Below, piece after piece: positions 53,001 to 64,000 of a DNA stretch of 64,000 bases. The notes beneath the pieces were generated by a model, which saw only the letters and a list, made by a program, of their open reading frames with translations, searched no databases and had not been told where the DNA came from. Position 1 is the stretch's first letter. Each line of letters starts with the position of its first letter. The position numbers and the translations under genes were made by a program. This DNA comes from Klebsormidium nitens. Lineage: Eukaryota; Plantae; Klebsormidiophyceae. The stretch spans positions 2,938 to 66,937 of the forward strand of contig DF237152.1 of assembly GCA_000708835.1 (NCBI GenBank), written 5' to 3'.

Positions 53001-56000
53001 CAGTATCACTTGCTGCAGAAGATTACGAAAGAGAAAGTTTTCAGAATGCAGCTCACATGAGCGCATCCTTTGTTCTGGCGCTTGAAATTTGGAAGGCGAT
53101 GAACAAACACGAGTATGCTTTCGTTCCTGAAGTGCTAAACAAGCGCTCGGGGTTCGCGGAATTGAAGGAGTGAGGGGCTCCCTCTCCTCTCAATGAGGTG
53201 CCATTCATTCCCTTCTCCCGCTTTACGACTCACGTTGACCTGTTTCCGCTTCATAACGCACGTTGACTTTTGATATTCAGGAATTGATTGCAAAAGGAAA
53301 GAGACTAGGGAGATACATAGATGAAAAGGGGCAGGTACTGGCGGCGCTTACTTGTCCTTCCGAAAGGGGCGGGCAACTCTTGAGGTTCTCGGCGAGAGTC
53401 TTTCCGGTGACGGTCATACAGGAACCGTCAATCATGTTGTTCTCGAGCAGCAGCTTCAGCACGGCGGGAGTACCGCCCACCTGATAGGAAGGGTCGCCTG
53501 GTTGGTTGTAACGCAAGACAGGGTTCCTTTTCTTTTGCGTCTCGTTCGAAGATGACAAAGCTTCTCCTGAATGATAGCCGGCAATCCAATACCGGAAAAC
53601 CTGACGACTACGGTCGATCCGTCTTCGTTTGATTGGAGCGCGTCTCGTGATCTCCGAGCCGTTTCCTTCAAGTTGAAGCTTCCACCGTCCTCTCGCAACC
53701 CTGTCAGAATTGATACCTAGGCATAGCTGAGTGTGAATTCTTGTAAGAAAAGAGACCCTGTTGCGACGCTTTTTTGGGTTTAAAATGATTTCAAAGGAGC
53801 CGGTAACCAGATTTTGCACTGGCACTCCAAGTTAAGGCCAAGTCGGCTAAGTCCTCTCTCAGGATCACTTTCAACCGTCACAAGAAAAAAGATCCAACTC
53901 TTGACAGCCCACCTTATGCAGGTCCTCCATAACGTATTTGCCGCTCGGCTTGAGGTCAGCAATGAAGGGCGTCCGGTCGCTGACGGCCTGGAAGTCGTCA
54001 ATGGTCAGATCGACGCCCACAGACCTGCGACAGCGAACAACGGGCGGAGTTTCGTAAGCAGACGGGAAGAGCAGTCTGGACTTTGCCGGAAGCAGGCACT
54101 ACAGGGACTTTGGTGACGTTCTTGTGCCCATTGCAGTCTTTCAAGAAGAAACGGAACTCCTACACAGGAGAGTCTGTCGGGGTGTGAGAATAGATGCGAA
54201 AGTCTTGGGTGGAGTTGCGCCCAAAGGATGGGATGGATGCAACCCTAACACCCCGATACCTGATTTTTGCATCCTGCTTTGAGATCACCCGGCAATGGCA
54301 GCAACGAGCGCCATGCGTTTCTCGAGCGCCGCCTCAAAAGCCCAAAGCCCTAGAAGCTCAAAGAGTCCGAAGCTCTAAACCTCTGGTTCCACCTCTTCTT
54401 TATGAGAAATGAAACTAGATTTTCGATTCGAGAACTGAACGTGAGAATTCCTTGTTTCCGGAAGCCCACCTGATGATGGTAATGAGGTGCAGACCGGCGT
54501 TGGTTGATCCTTGGCGCTCTAGAAGCTTCAGGATTACAAAACCTCAAACCCCCACAATCCGAAATCGGCAAGTGTTCTCAAAACATAAAATCTACCTGGC
54601 AACGGCGATGAGATGCAGCACGGCGTTGGTCGTCCCCCGAGCGCCACGACGAGCACGACTGCACTTTCGAGCGACGCCCTAACAGCTGAAAATTCTAGAA
54701 GCTGCAAGAGACCTCGGGAACCCTACACCCCTAGACCCCCAACCCTTCCGAGAATTAGATTCAAGTAAAATCTGGGAAATGGACCTGACAGTGAGGAGTT
54801 CGACTTTCCAAAACCTTACCTGGCAATGGCGATGAGATGCAGTACGGCGTTTGTGGACCCCCCGAGCGCCATGATGAGGACCATCGCGTTCTCGAGCGAC
54901 GCCCGGGTGATGATGTCACGCGGCCGGATGTTTTTCTTCAGCAGCTCCAGCACGACGCGCCCCGCGAGCCGGCATTCCTGCAGCTTCAGCGGGTCTTCCG
55001 CCGGAATGGAAGAGCTGCGGAATGGAGGAAAGGGGGAGCGGAATGTGAGTGGGAAGGAGTAGAGATGTGCACTTTGAGGAGTGCCCAACACTCGTTGACG
55101 GGTCTTCCGCCGGAATGGAGGAGCTGTGGAACGGAGGAAGACGGAATGGAGGGAAAAGAGTCGAGACGACAGTTGCGGATTGGACGTAGAGGGGAGAAGT
55201 GACTGGGGAAGTATGAGGTGGGCGCTTTGATGAGTGCCCATCGAGTGTCGGAGTTTCCGGTCAGGTTGAGTTTCCGGTGTTGGGTTTCCGGTCAGGTTTT
55301 GACACGTTTCAATTGACAAACTGTTTATGCACAAATAATTTGCCGTCCGGGGTATACTTGCCACTAAAGAGAGCTCTCCACCTTCGCTTGACGGACATGT
55401 AGACACGCTTCAACCGTCAGGCTCCTTACGTGAACGCAATTGCGAACTCCTCTATATGCTTCAACTGCTACAAACAATGCGACACTGAAATGTTGCACGA
55501 ATATGCGGTCTTTTAAGCTGGCCCCGTAAACTTTCGGGACTACCATACCGACGTCGGCAATCCTGGGTTCTCCGCAGCCATTCTGGTGAGGAGCAGAGTA
55601 CTGCATTCAAGAAACGCTTCATGCGCCCGATGCGCCCCCGGCCTACCTGTAAGGCAGCGTCATGCCCATTGCCTCGATTGCCGACGCCATGGTGTTTGCT
55701 GTGTACATGCCCCCGCACGCACCAGCGCCAGGGCATGAGAACCGCACAATGTCCTGGCGCTCCTTCTCGTCGATGGACCCCGCCACAAACTGACCGTAGC
55801 TCTGCCGAGAGACAAAGCACAACTTGAGCGTTTTAGGCTTCTGGAATTTCAGGGTCTTAGAGGTTGGCTGTCCTGGCGCTCCTTCTCAACATAGCCCGAA
55901 AACGAATCGACCGTAGCTCTGCACGGAAACGAATTTCCCGTGATCGATGTCGGCATTTTCGACGCGGAAGACTATTTTAGTGACGTCTCAGGTTCGGCAA

Positions 56001-59000
56001 ACCTTGTTGTTACTGCTAACAACCCAGTATTTGCTCCTTGATCAAAAAGCGGAATTTGCGGCATGGCAGCTCATAATTCTCCATATGGAGATATTTTCCA
56101 GTAAGAGCAAAGCAGAGGGTCTTTTGAACAAATTTCGGATGTGGTGCGCGAGAGCTGCGTAGGATGGGCCATACAATCAAATGCCTACTCCTTTCACAGA
56201 TTCTTCTGGAACGGCGACGGCTGGTATCCAAAGGTATGGAGCACGACACGCAGTCGAGGATCGTTTTGAAAGGAGCGCAATGGCTGGAAAGTAGACGGTG
56301 TGAGTCGCTCTCAAGGAGAACCCCTTACCTGGAAAGCGGAGACGATGTCTAGGGTTGTGCCGTCGGAAGAGAAGCCGGGCTGCAGACAAGAAGAAAACAC
56401 GTGTCACTCTAAGCTGCAACCACAATGTGACAGGGCATGGAATGAAGCATAACACATTGAGACGAGACAAGAAGTCCTGTTTGGAGAAGAGGAAGAGGGT
56501 CGGAATGGAAACCCTCTCACTTGGCGGCTACACTATTATCAGGAACAAATTTTACGACATCGTTTCAGGACCCTGCTGTGTGATCATCCTGTGAGACCCT
56601 CGGCTGTTCTTGCGAATCCATCAAAACATAGACAAAAGTACAAGAAGAGGAGACTTGAAAATCTCTTGAGGATTAAGCAAGCATAGCGTCACCTTGATGG
56701 TGCCTCCGTAGACCATGAGGCTCGGCCGGTTGAGGCGGCCCATGGCCATCACGACGCCGGGCATCTGCGCAGAACATGCTCTTGTCGAATTCGTATACCT
56801 TACAAGACTGAGTCCTGTAAAGTTCGTACGCGGTAGATACTGGTATCCTGACATCCTAGACTAATGAGAGATGCAATGTATAGCCCTAGACTACGTAGAG
56901 ATCGAAGGATCCTAGACTGAATTTCCTCAGCACGTGGGCGCTTCTACACAAGCACTCGTTCTGCATTGCACAAATGGGCCTAGGAAGTGCGATTGAACTG
57001 GAACAGGCGATTAAACGACCCGGCGTGTGCAGCAAGCATAAGCGAGGTTTCCAAAGGCACTGCTACATTCCCTTTTGATTCAGGTTGCCGAGAAGATTGT
57101 GACATGTTTGATGGATGCGAGTGATCTGGAAGCTAGCAACTCGAGAACATAGTAAGGAATTTGTCGACAGAAAAGAGAGGGTATGAATGAGGAAACAAGA
57201 TCACGCGGAACGGAATCACACTTTGGTGGCAGAGCGTAAGCAGAACAAAGCAAACGATACGCCCACTCACGTTCTTGTCGCACCCAGGAAGCGAGATATT
57301 TGCGTCGTACCACTGTGCGCCCATCACTGTCTCAACGCTGTCCGCAATCAGGTCCCTACTCTGCAGACTGAAGCACATGCCTTCCGTCCCCATCGAAATC
57401 CCGTCGCTAACCCCGATCGTGTTAAATCTTAACCCGACCATGCCCGCCTCGTAAACCCCCTGCTTAACCGCCTCGCTCAACGCCAGCAGGTGCATGTTGC
57501 ACGTGTTGCCCTCATACCACACACTGCTGATGCCCACCTGAAAGGGGAAGTTGTTACGAATTGGGTTAGGGGCCGAGAAGTGGGTTAGCAATGAGGCCTC
57601 CTGTGTTACATCTTTCCGGAGGGTCAGAGACATGTTGCAAGCAGTGTAGCACACACTGCTGATGCCCACCTGGAAGAAGATCTGGTTAAGAAGTGGGTAT
57701 ATCGGATAACGTATATCATGCATTAAGTCCTTACTGATGGTTTGGAGGTCATTTTCTAGTAGCGCGCGCTGCTAACGCCTGCAACTGGAGGGGCAGATTG
57801 GTTGTGAAGTGGGTTAAGATGAGGTTCAGGGGCGTCATGAGACATGTTATTAAGATACTTGTTACACGCGTTGCGCTCGTACCACATGATTGCTGATGCC
57901 CTCTGTTGATGCTCTCTGTTGAGTTAGAGAAGGGCTGAGGAGTGGATCACAAGCTAGTTAACGAACAAACTCCCTTGTGCAGCAATTCCCTAGTGGCTTA
58001 AGACCACGCCAGACTAATTTGCCTAACCAGATGGACTGATAAGACACTCTGAAACAGTGGGTCTCTGATCGAGATTGGATGGAGCCCCTCATCTAGATTG
58101 TGCGGGAAAGTTTTCCGGATGCCCTTTGTACTTTGCAGATGCCCTGCCATGGGGACCATGTACTCAGAACTGAGTTACAAAACGGGTTTACGGCCGAACC
58201 GGCTCTAGCCACGTTTGGGCCAGAGACTACCAATCTGCTCAAGTACCAAATCAACTTCCTGGCTTCTTTCACCAAAGACGAGGAGTCCTTTGAATTCCTG
58301 CCTGTTGTTCGTAGCCCAACACCCATAACGAACTTGACTACCAAAGCCCTGAGAAGCCATAGCTTCTCCTTACAAAGAAGAGAAATCCCTCAAAGCCCTG
58401 CTTGAAACCTGTAACCAGATTGACCGCAACATGGAAGGCACTTGACGCACCTGTGGCTTGTTCATATCCTCCTCGGTTAGCCCGACCCCATAGAGCTGCG
58501 CCTGGCTCGCCCCCTGGGACGCCGGCTGGGTGATCCGTGAGCTGTGCCGGTTGAGCGCCCCTGCCGTCTTGGGATCCGCATCAATGGTCACCGGGTGCGC
58601 CGTTGTGGTTGCTGATGCATCCGCTTGACACCTGTCATGTACAATGAGCTTGAATTGAGCTTTCAATGCACGTCTGGTGTGAAGCTTGACCACTGTGATG
58701 AACGATGGGAGCAAAGTGGACTTGCGGCGAAAGACGGCACGATGGAGAACAAACGTGGTTTGGGGGGTGAGGGTACGTTTGAGGGCAATCGGCCTATTAT
58801 GAAGCCCCGCTGAAATAAAATGATATATGTTTCGAATTCCGCTGACGCAGTGTAATCAGGCGGTCAGTCGCAGGTAACTTACCACTGGCCACTGGCCCCT
58901 GGCCAACAACTGGCAAGCTCACAGCGCAATGCTGTATCAGACAGAGAAGGAATGGCAGCAACGCTGATTGCAACCAAGTGTTATAAACGAAGAAGGCGGA

Positions 59001-59816
59001 GGCTATGCTTCAAAAGGAAGTTGAGGACAGAGCAGCAACAAACTGAATGGAATTCTCGAGCAGTTTGAATGTGGCTTCAGAATGCAGATATCCTAGAATT
59101 CCAGTCAGCCGTGCACCCTTTCGAGACAAGATTGTCAATTCACTTGCCACTGCAACAGAGACAATCACGCCCACGTAACACAGGAAGTATCACAAGGAAC
59201 TTAGACGCAAGTGAATTTGACAGAGGACTAAAATGTAGCACCACTTTTTGCTCTTAAAATAGCAGACCAAAGGTGACTTGAGTGTCCTGTTCATATTGGA
59301 GGGGACGGAAGCAGAATTACTTGCTGCAATCAGGGATGGCCTCGGGAATTGGCAACAGCATTATCAACACTAAACTTTTTCACCTACTTCATGAAAGAAT
59401 AAAGATAAGCTCTTGGTAGTTTCGACCACCGCGCCATCAGAGACATTCTTCGAATCTGATCAACATATGGCCAATCCTAACAGCCTTAGAAGTCAGGTCC
59501 AATGCGTACAACACTTCTGCACGTTTGCATCTGCCCCAGAGCAAAGCGCCCAATCAACGGTATCTTTTCCCCCATTATTGGTAATGGTCGGAACAGAAGC
59601 TGCCAAAGGCGCCAATTTCCAAGTGCAAACAGAAAGTCTCAAAGTTGTGACTGACCGGGGCGCAGGCCGCCTGTGATTCCTGGCCATCAAACCGGGCGCC
59701 GCCACCAGTTTCTGCCCGACGAAGTTCGACGCCGCCACATTCCTTGGCGAGCATCTTGCGGCGAGCAGCGGGACGCCGCAGCGCGCCGCGGCGCACTCAG
59801 CAATGCAGGCCTCCAT
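50037..59816 (-). CDS. DHAD: Dihydroxy-acid dehydratase (IlvD/DHAD), plastid-targeted, ~636 aa, 16 exons
   Basis: Exons 59816-59656, 58631-58451, 57537-57271, 56764-56693, 56379-56329, 55801-55647, 55014-54820, 54024-53913, 53480-53352, 53012-52889, 52590-52520, 52110-52065, 51500-51445, 51060-50980, 50630-50472, 50087-50037 join in frame. Motifs [66 protein letters not shown]. The exon 1 donor is uncertain. Confidence 0.97.
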
Positions 59817-61029
59817 CTTTGACTGGGGCTTACTTAATGCGGCCAGAACCGTGCCGAAGGCTAAGCAAAGAGAGAGGTGAACACAAATCCAGATTGAAAC
59901 GAAGATTTGTGAGCTCTTTTTCAATGCATGAGCACAATCAGGACTCTGGGACAGCTCAGACGCTGGTTGGCGCTGGAGGGTGATACCACTGTACCAGTCA
60001 CAGTACTGTCGGAGTCTGGACCGGGACTGGGACAAAATCAAAGAGGGAACCGGTCATCATCGGAAGTACGGGCCTGGCCTCGGACCGTCACCGTTGCGTA
60101 CCCGGGAAGTCATACCCAAAACAGTACTGCAACACTGCAACGTACCCGGTACGCGACTCCGGAGCCAATCATTGGGGGTTCGCTACGCCCGGTTTGAATC
60201 CCCGCTAGAGCACGCAACCGGTTGGACTTCGGACGCTGAGAAGCTCCCGGGTTACCTTCAAGTGACTGAGCTCGGACGTCCAATACCGATTACAAACCCT
60301 AAATTTTTGAGGAGGACATCAGCTTCCAACCTCGCCTGAAATCTGCGGGAAAAAGCAATCATTTCTTTCATTTCTGTCAAGACCCAACTTGACTTGGTAG
60401 AGAGATCAGGCGCTTGTTACAGGGCGCCAGGGCTTCATGCCAGGGGTCGTCATTTCGGCCACCTTTGCGATCTCTTTGCCTGACGTTGGGTCTCAACCAT
60501 CAATCTGCTTGCTGCATGTGGAAGACCTTCTTGGAGCAGCCCGGCGGCCTTCTGGCCCTAGCTATGCCGACGTTGCGTCCCTATTGAAGGTCTAAAGAAA
60601 CTGTGTTTCACCCAGAAGACTAGAGAGAAGATTGCCTGTGTATGTGCTCCCTAGTGGGTGCTGCCAGGAGTTCCCTTCTCTCTGTCTACGCTGGGAACCC
60701 CCGCCCGAACCCATCCCTGCAGCCATGCTACGTTTCGGCAGCCATGATAATGGTTGCCCTAACTAGCATGACGGGGCTCTGAACCGAGGCGTATGCTAGT
60801 CCCGGTGCTCCAGCTGATGAGCCCGGCGTGCAAGACGGTACACGACATTCCTTTCATTTCTGTGAATTGTACAAAGCGGGAGCTTGCTCCATGCAAGAGC
60901 TATACCTGGCGAATTTTCCTTCTCTTCAATCACCAAGGAAACTCCTAGACTCTGTCCTGATAAGAAGTTCCTGAGTGCGACTCGTCATCCTAAGGAGTTG
61001 TGCTTCAGCAGGATATCAACGAAGCAGGA

Positions 61030-64000
61030 ATGGAGGAAGAGCTGGACACACAACCTTTTGAGCCAGTTCCTGATGACAACTACGAGGAAGACTTTGAGGA
61101 CTACGAGGATGATGGCTTTGAGAGTGATGAGCCCGAGGATGAAGGTTGGGAAGCCAAAGTGAGCACGTTAAGGCTGGCTGCTGATGTTTCCAACTCTGCT
61201 TCACCTGAGCTCAGAAAAGCATGCTCTATGAAGCTCGGACATCCTAGAAAATTATCCATAGGCAGCTCAACGTCACAATTTATCAAATGTTTTTGTGCGC
61301 CCCAACCACATTGTTATATCGCGAGCTGCCTTGTTGACACCCGTTTGCTTGTTTAATCACAGCTGGTCTGCCCCCCTCAGAATTGAAGCTGAGAGCAGCT
61401 CAGTCAGAATCACTTGGAGTGGAACGCAGGAGCTCTTGACCTCTTGTGAAGAAAGTTAGAACCCCTTCCCAATGAGTTCCATGAATTCCCTGTCATCTCT
61501 TCCAGTGCTTGCCCTAAAAGGATATTCTTCCCTCCAGGGACCCCCCCAGGCTGAGACCACCACCCCCCCAGCCCCAACTCATGTTTCCCCACCCCCTCCC
61601 CCGACCTATGCCCAAATCACAGCCGGCAAGCGCATCGTCGAGTCCCTTCTCAAGGCGAAGTCCCAAACCCTGAACCCAGCCCTGACAATTGCGGCTTCCG
61701 CCAGAGCCAGGCGATGGGCTCTGATTCGTCCAAAGTTGACGGAGGTCGTTATGGCGCCCATACTAGATATGCCCCCCCGGACGTTGTCCGAGCTGCTCGC
61801 CTCTGGTCAGGGGGCGGCCGCGCGACTGGCGGTCAAAGGCGTCCAGACCCCACTAGAAGATGAGATACGCACGGTGGATGTGCAGACAGAGGAGGTGGGA
61901 ACGTTCGAAAGTGCGGCGCAGTACAATGTGCGAGATCTGGTTACAAAACGGGTTGAGGGGGCGGTTAAGGGGCAAAACGGTCGGCTGGCTGGATTGCTCG
62001 AGCGAGCGCTCCAGGCGTTGGACCAAGGGCGGTTAGGAAAAACCGGGTTAGTGGACCGGGTGGTTAGCCTGATGAACCACCCCCGGGTTCAGAAGTACCG
62101 GGCAGTGCAGGAGATTCTGAGCTTTGTAAAGAGCGCAGTAAGGGGGGAAGGAGCGGTGGCAAACAAGGGGGGGGGGGACGAGGAGAAGCAGCTGGCAGAC
62201 CTCTTGGAAGAGGCGCTGGAGGGGGGGAACACAGCCAGGGGGGTGAGATCCTAAGCTATTCTTTCCTTGTTCATACTTGAAACGAGTCTGTATTGACTGG
62301 GACATCTTTGTCCTGCGGTTTGGTTTCGAGGAAAAAGATATCCAGAATTTGCATGGGCTGTGTAAGAAATGTGGGTCGTTTGATGGCTGCATCTACTTTA
62401 GCAAACGGCCCAAAACCTGCTCGACACACATGGAGCTTGGCGCAGGTGGCTAAGGTCAACCCCGACCCGCAAAAGAATGGATGGTTCTCGTTATCATGTC
62501 TCAATACCCCGTGTTCTCGAAGGCAAGCTGCCTGAAAAGCGGACTTCGGGAGTACTTGACTTGCTCTGGCTCAACGTTCAAATACTTACAGAACTCTTGT
62601 GTGACTTCGTCGTTTAGTTTCATCGCAAGCATAGTTCCGACGTGGTAGCAGTAGGGCGTCTCGAGAGCACACTCGATCTTGTGAAATCAGCCCACTTTCT
62701 TTCGTTCGACCTGACTCCAACATGTGATCTTGGGAAGGAACCTCTAGGAAGGAGTATCAAATGCTTGCGGAATGCGAAAGGCAGGCAGCCATTGAGTTGC
62801 GGACCGTTTCTCATGTCTGCCGCCACAGAACTTTGTAAGTCATGCCCAAGGGAATTGCTTGCTGTTGTCTTCTCGAGGCGAGTCTGCTCTGACTTGCTTC
62901 TCCGATCGGCCCTTCTTGACGGGTTTTGGACGCGTTCCTTCCATGTCCTTTTCTTTTCTTTTCTGTCATTCTTCATTTCCACATTCCCCCTCTCATCAGA
63001 GACGCCCATCGTTTTTAGTTTCTCTGACCTGTTCATATTTTTTGTTTTCAGGACTCCACCGCCGACGCTCCGGATGCTGCCACCAGCTCGCTGTACCATG
63101 AAGAGCTCCTCCGTGGGCGTCCGGTGGTCGCCGTCTTGTTTTGTCCAACGTCCGAAACCCAAACCCAAACCCAGCCCCAAACCCAACCCCAAACCCATCC
63201 TCCCCTCCTCCTCTGCTGCTACGCTCCCTCCAAAGAAGCGAGCGTCGCGCCCCGTCTCGGCTGCCTATGCGTTTGGGACCCTTCCAAACCGTCCCGGCCT
63301 CAGAAGGTCCTGGTGTGCGAAGGCACCCCCTCTAGTTGTTGCTGGGCGCCTGCCAAATCCGCCCCTGCCGAAGAATTCGGAAGAAATTCCGGCTCGAGCC
63401 GTCTGGTTGTCGTGGGCACCGGGTCTGGCAGCCTCGCCCTGTGGGATTTGAGCGAACCAGCGGGCCAGCACCAGGGCGTAACGCTCAGTCAGGGCGAAAG
63501 CCTGACGTTACGGCGGCCGTCGTACATGACCGACTGGCGGCCGGAGGTTAACCACGGCGCCCGGGTTTGCGCGGTCAAGCTGCAACCGTCTCCCAGTAGC
63601 GACGACAGAGCTGCTAAAACGGGTCATCGAAACGGGTTAGAGAGTGGGTTGGGAGCTGGGTTAGAGAGCACAAGCGGGCCGCTCGCACAGGTCCTCAGCT
63701 TGGACGTAACGGGTTGGTTAAACGTCTGGTCAGCGGTACCCGTAACCGAGTTGGATGCTGCTGTTATCGACACCGATTTTGGGCTGCGCCTCGGAAGCAA
63801 AGTCCGCCTTTTGAGAGTTGCCGCAGTCGACTGCTTCTCCGCGACGCCCCCCGGCCGAGAATTGGGTTTTGAAACGGTCAGGCAAACCGCCGTCGGGTTT
63901 GCGGCGGTGCCGGGGGATCCCTCTCAGTTGCTCGTGGCCACCGACGGGGGTTCCGTCATCCGTGCTTCGCGCTTCGGGCTGCCCCCTAGCAGCCTGCCGC
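61030..64000 (+). CDS. WDR60: Cytoplasmic dynein-2 intermediate chain WDR60/DYNC2I1 (FAP163-like), 3' end beyond the window
   Basis: Acidic YEEDFEDYEDD motif; MPPRT...VQT...DVQTEE segment (61472-62254 frame). The open exon from 63052 to the window end reads CVWDPSKPSRPQKVLVCEG...VGTGSGSLALWDLSEP...LSLDVTGWLNVW...DFGLRLGSKVRL...DPSQLLVATDGG and tracks recalled human WDR60. Start and internal junctions uncertain. Confidence 0.85.
63147..63195 (+). repeat. (AAACCC)n-like coding microsatellite encoding TQ/PQ in WDR60
   Basis: AAACCCAAACCCAAACCCAGCCCCAAACCCAACCCCAAACCC read directly. Confidence 0.75.

Noticed and set aside
57978-58010. tRNA D-loop-like TAGTGGCTTAAGAC; T-loop-like motifs near 20570 and 60190
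   Set aside because: No matching acceptor stem or second box; no cloverleaf can be built.

Overview
Intron-rich eukaryotic nuclear DNA. Plant-type genes sit next to a flagellar dynein-2 gene, so a streptophyte (charophyte) alga such as Klebsormidium is the best fit; this is an inference. I reconstructed gene models by hand from GT-AG junctions and remembered family motifs. In order: NRPB7 (-), a stand-alone CinA/molybdopterin-binding-domain protein with a probable transit peptide (+), alpha-tubulin (+), helical+MYND paralog 1 (-), a weak hypothetical gene (-), FLIP/FIRRM (+), syntaxin SYP32 (-), a plant-type LysM protein (+), tandem helical+MYND paralogs 2 and 3 (+; copy 3 has a nonsense codon), a young ~4.9 kb pol-less LTR retroelement spanning an assembly gap (-), dihydroxy-acid dehydratase with 16 exons (-), and WDR60/DYNC2I1 (+, truncated by the window end). 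The most unusual signals are: (1) decaying copies of exon edges that keep their AG or GT in introns of DHAD, SYP32 and the CinA-like gene; (2) the non-canonical junctions and gene content of the LTR element; (3) the uncharacterised helical+MYND family. No CRISPR, rRNA or convincing tRNA was seen. No database searches were run; family calls rest on recalled motifs.
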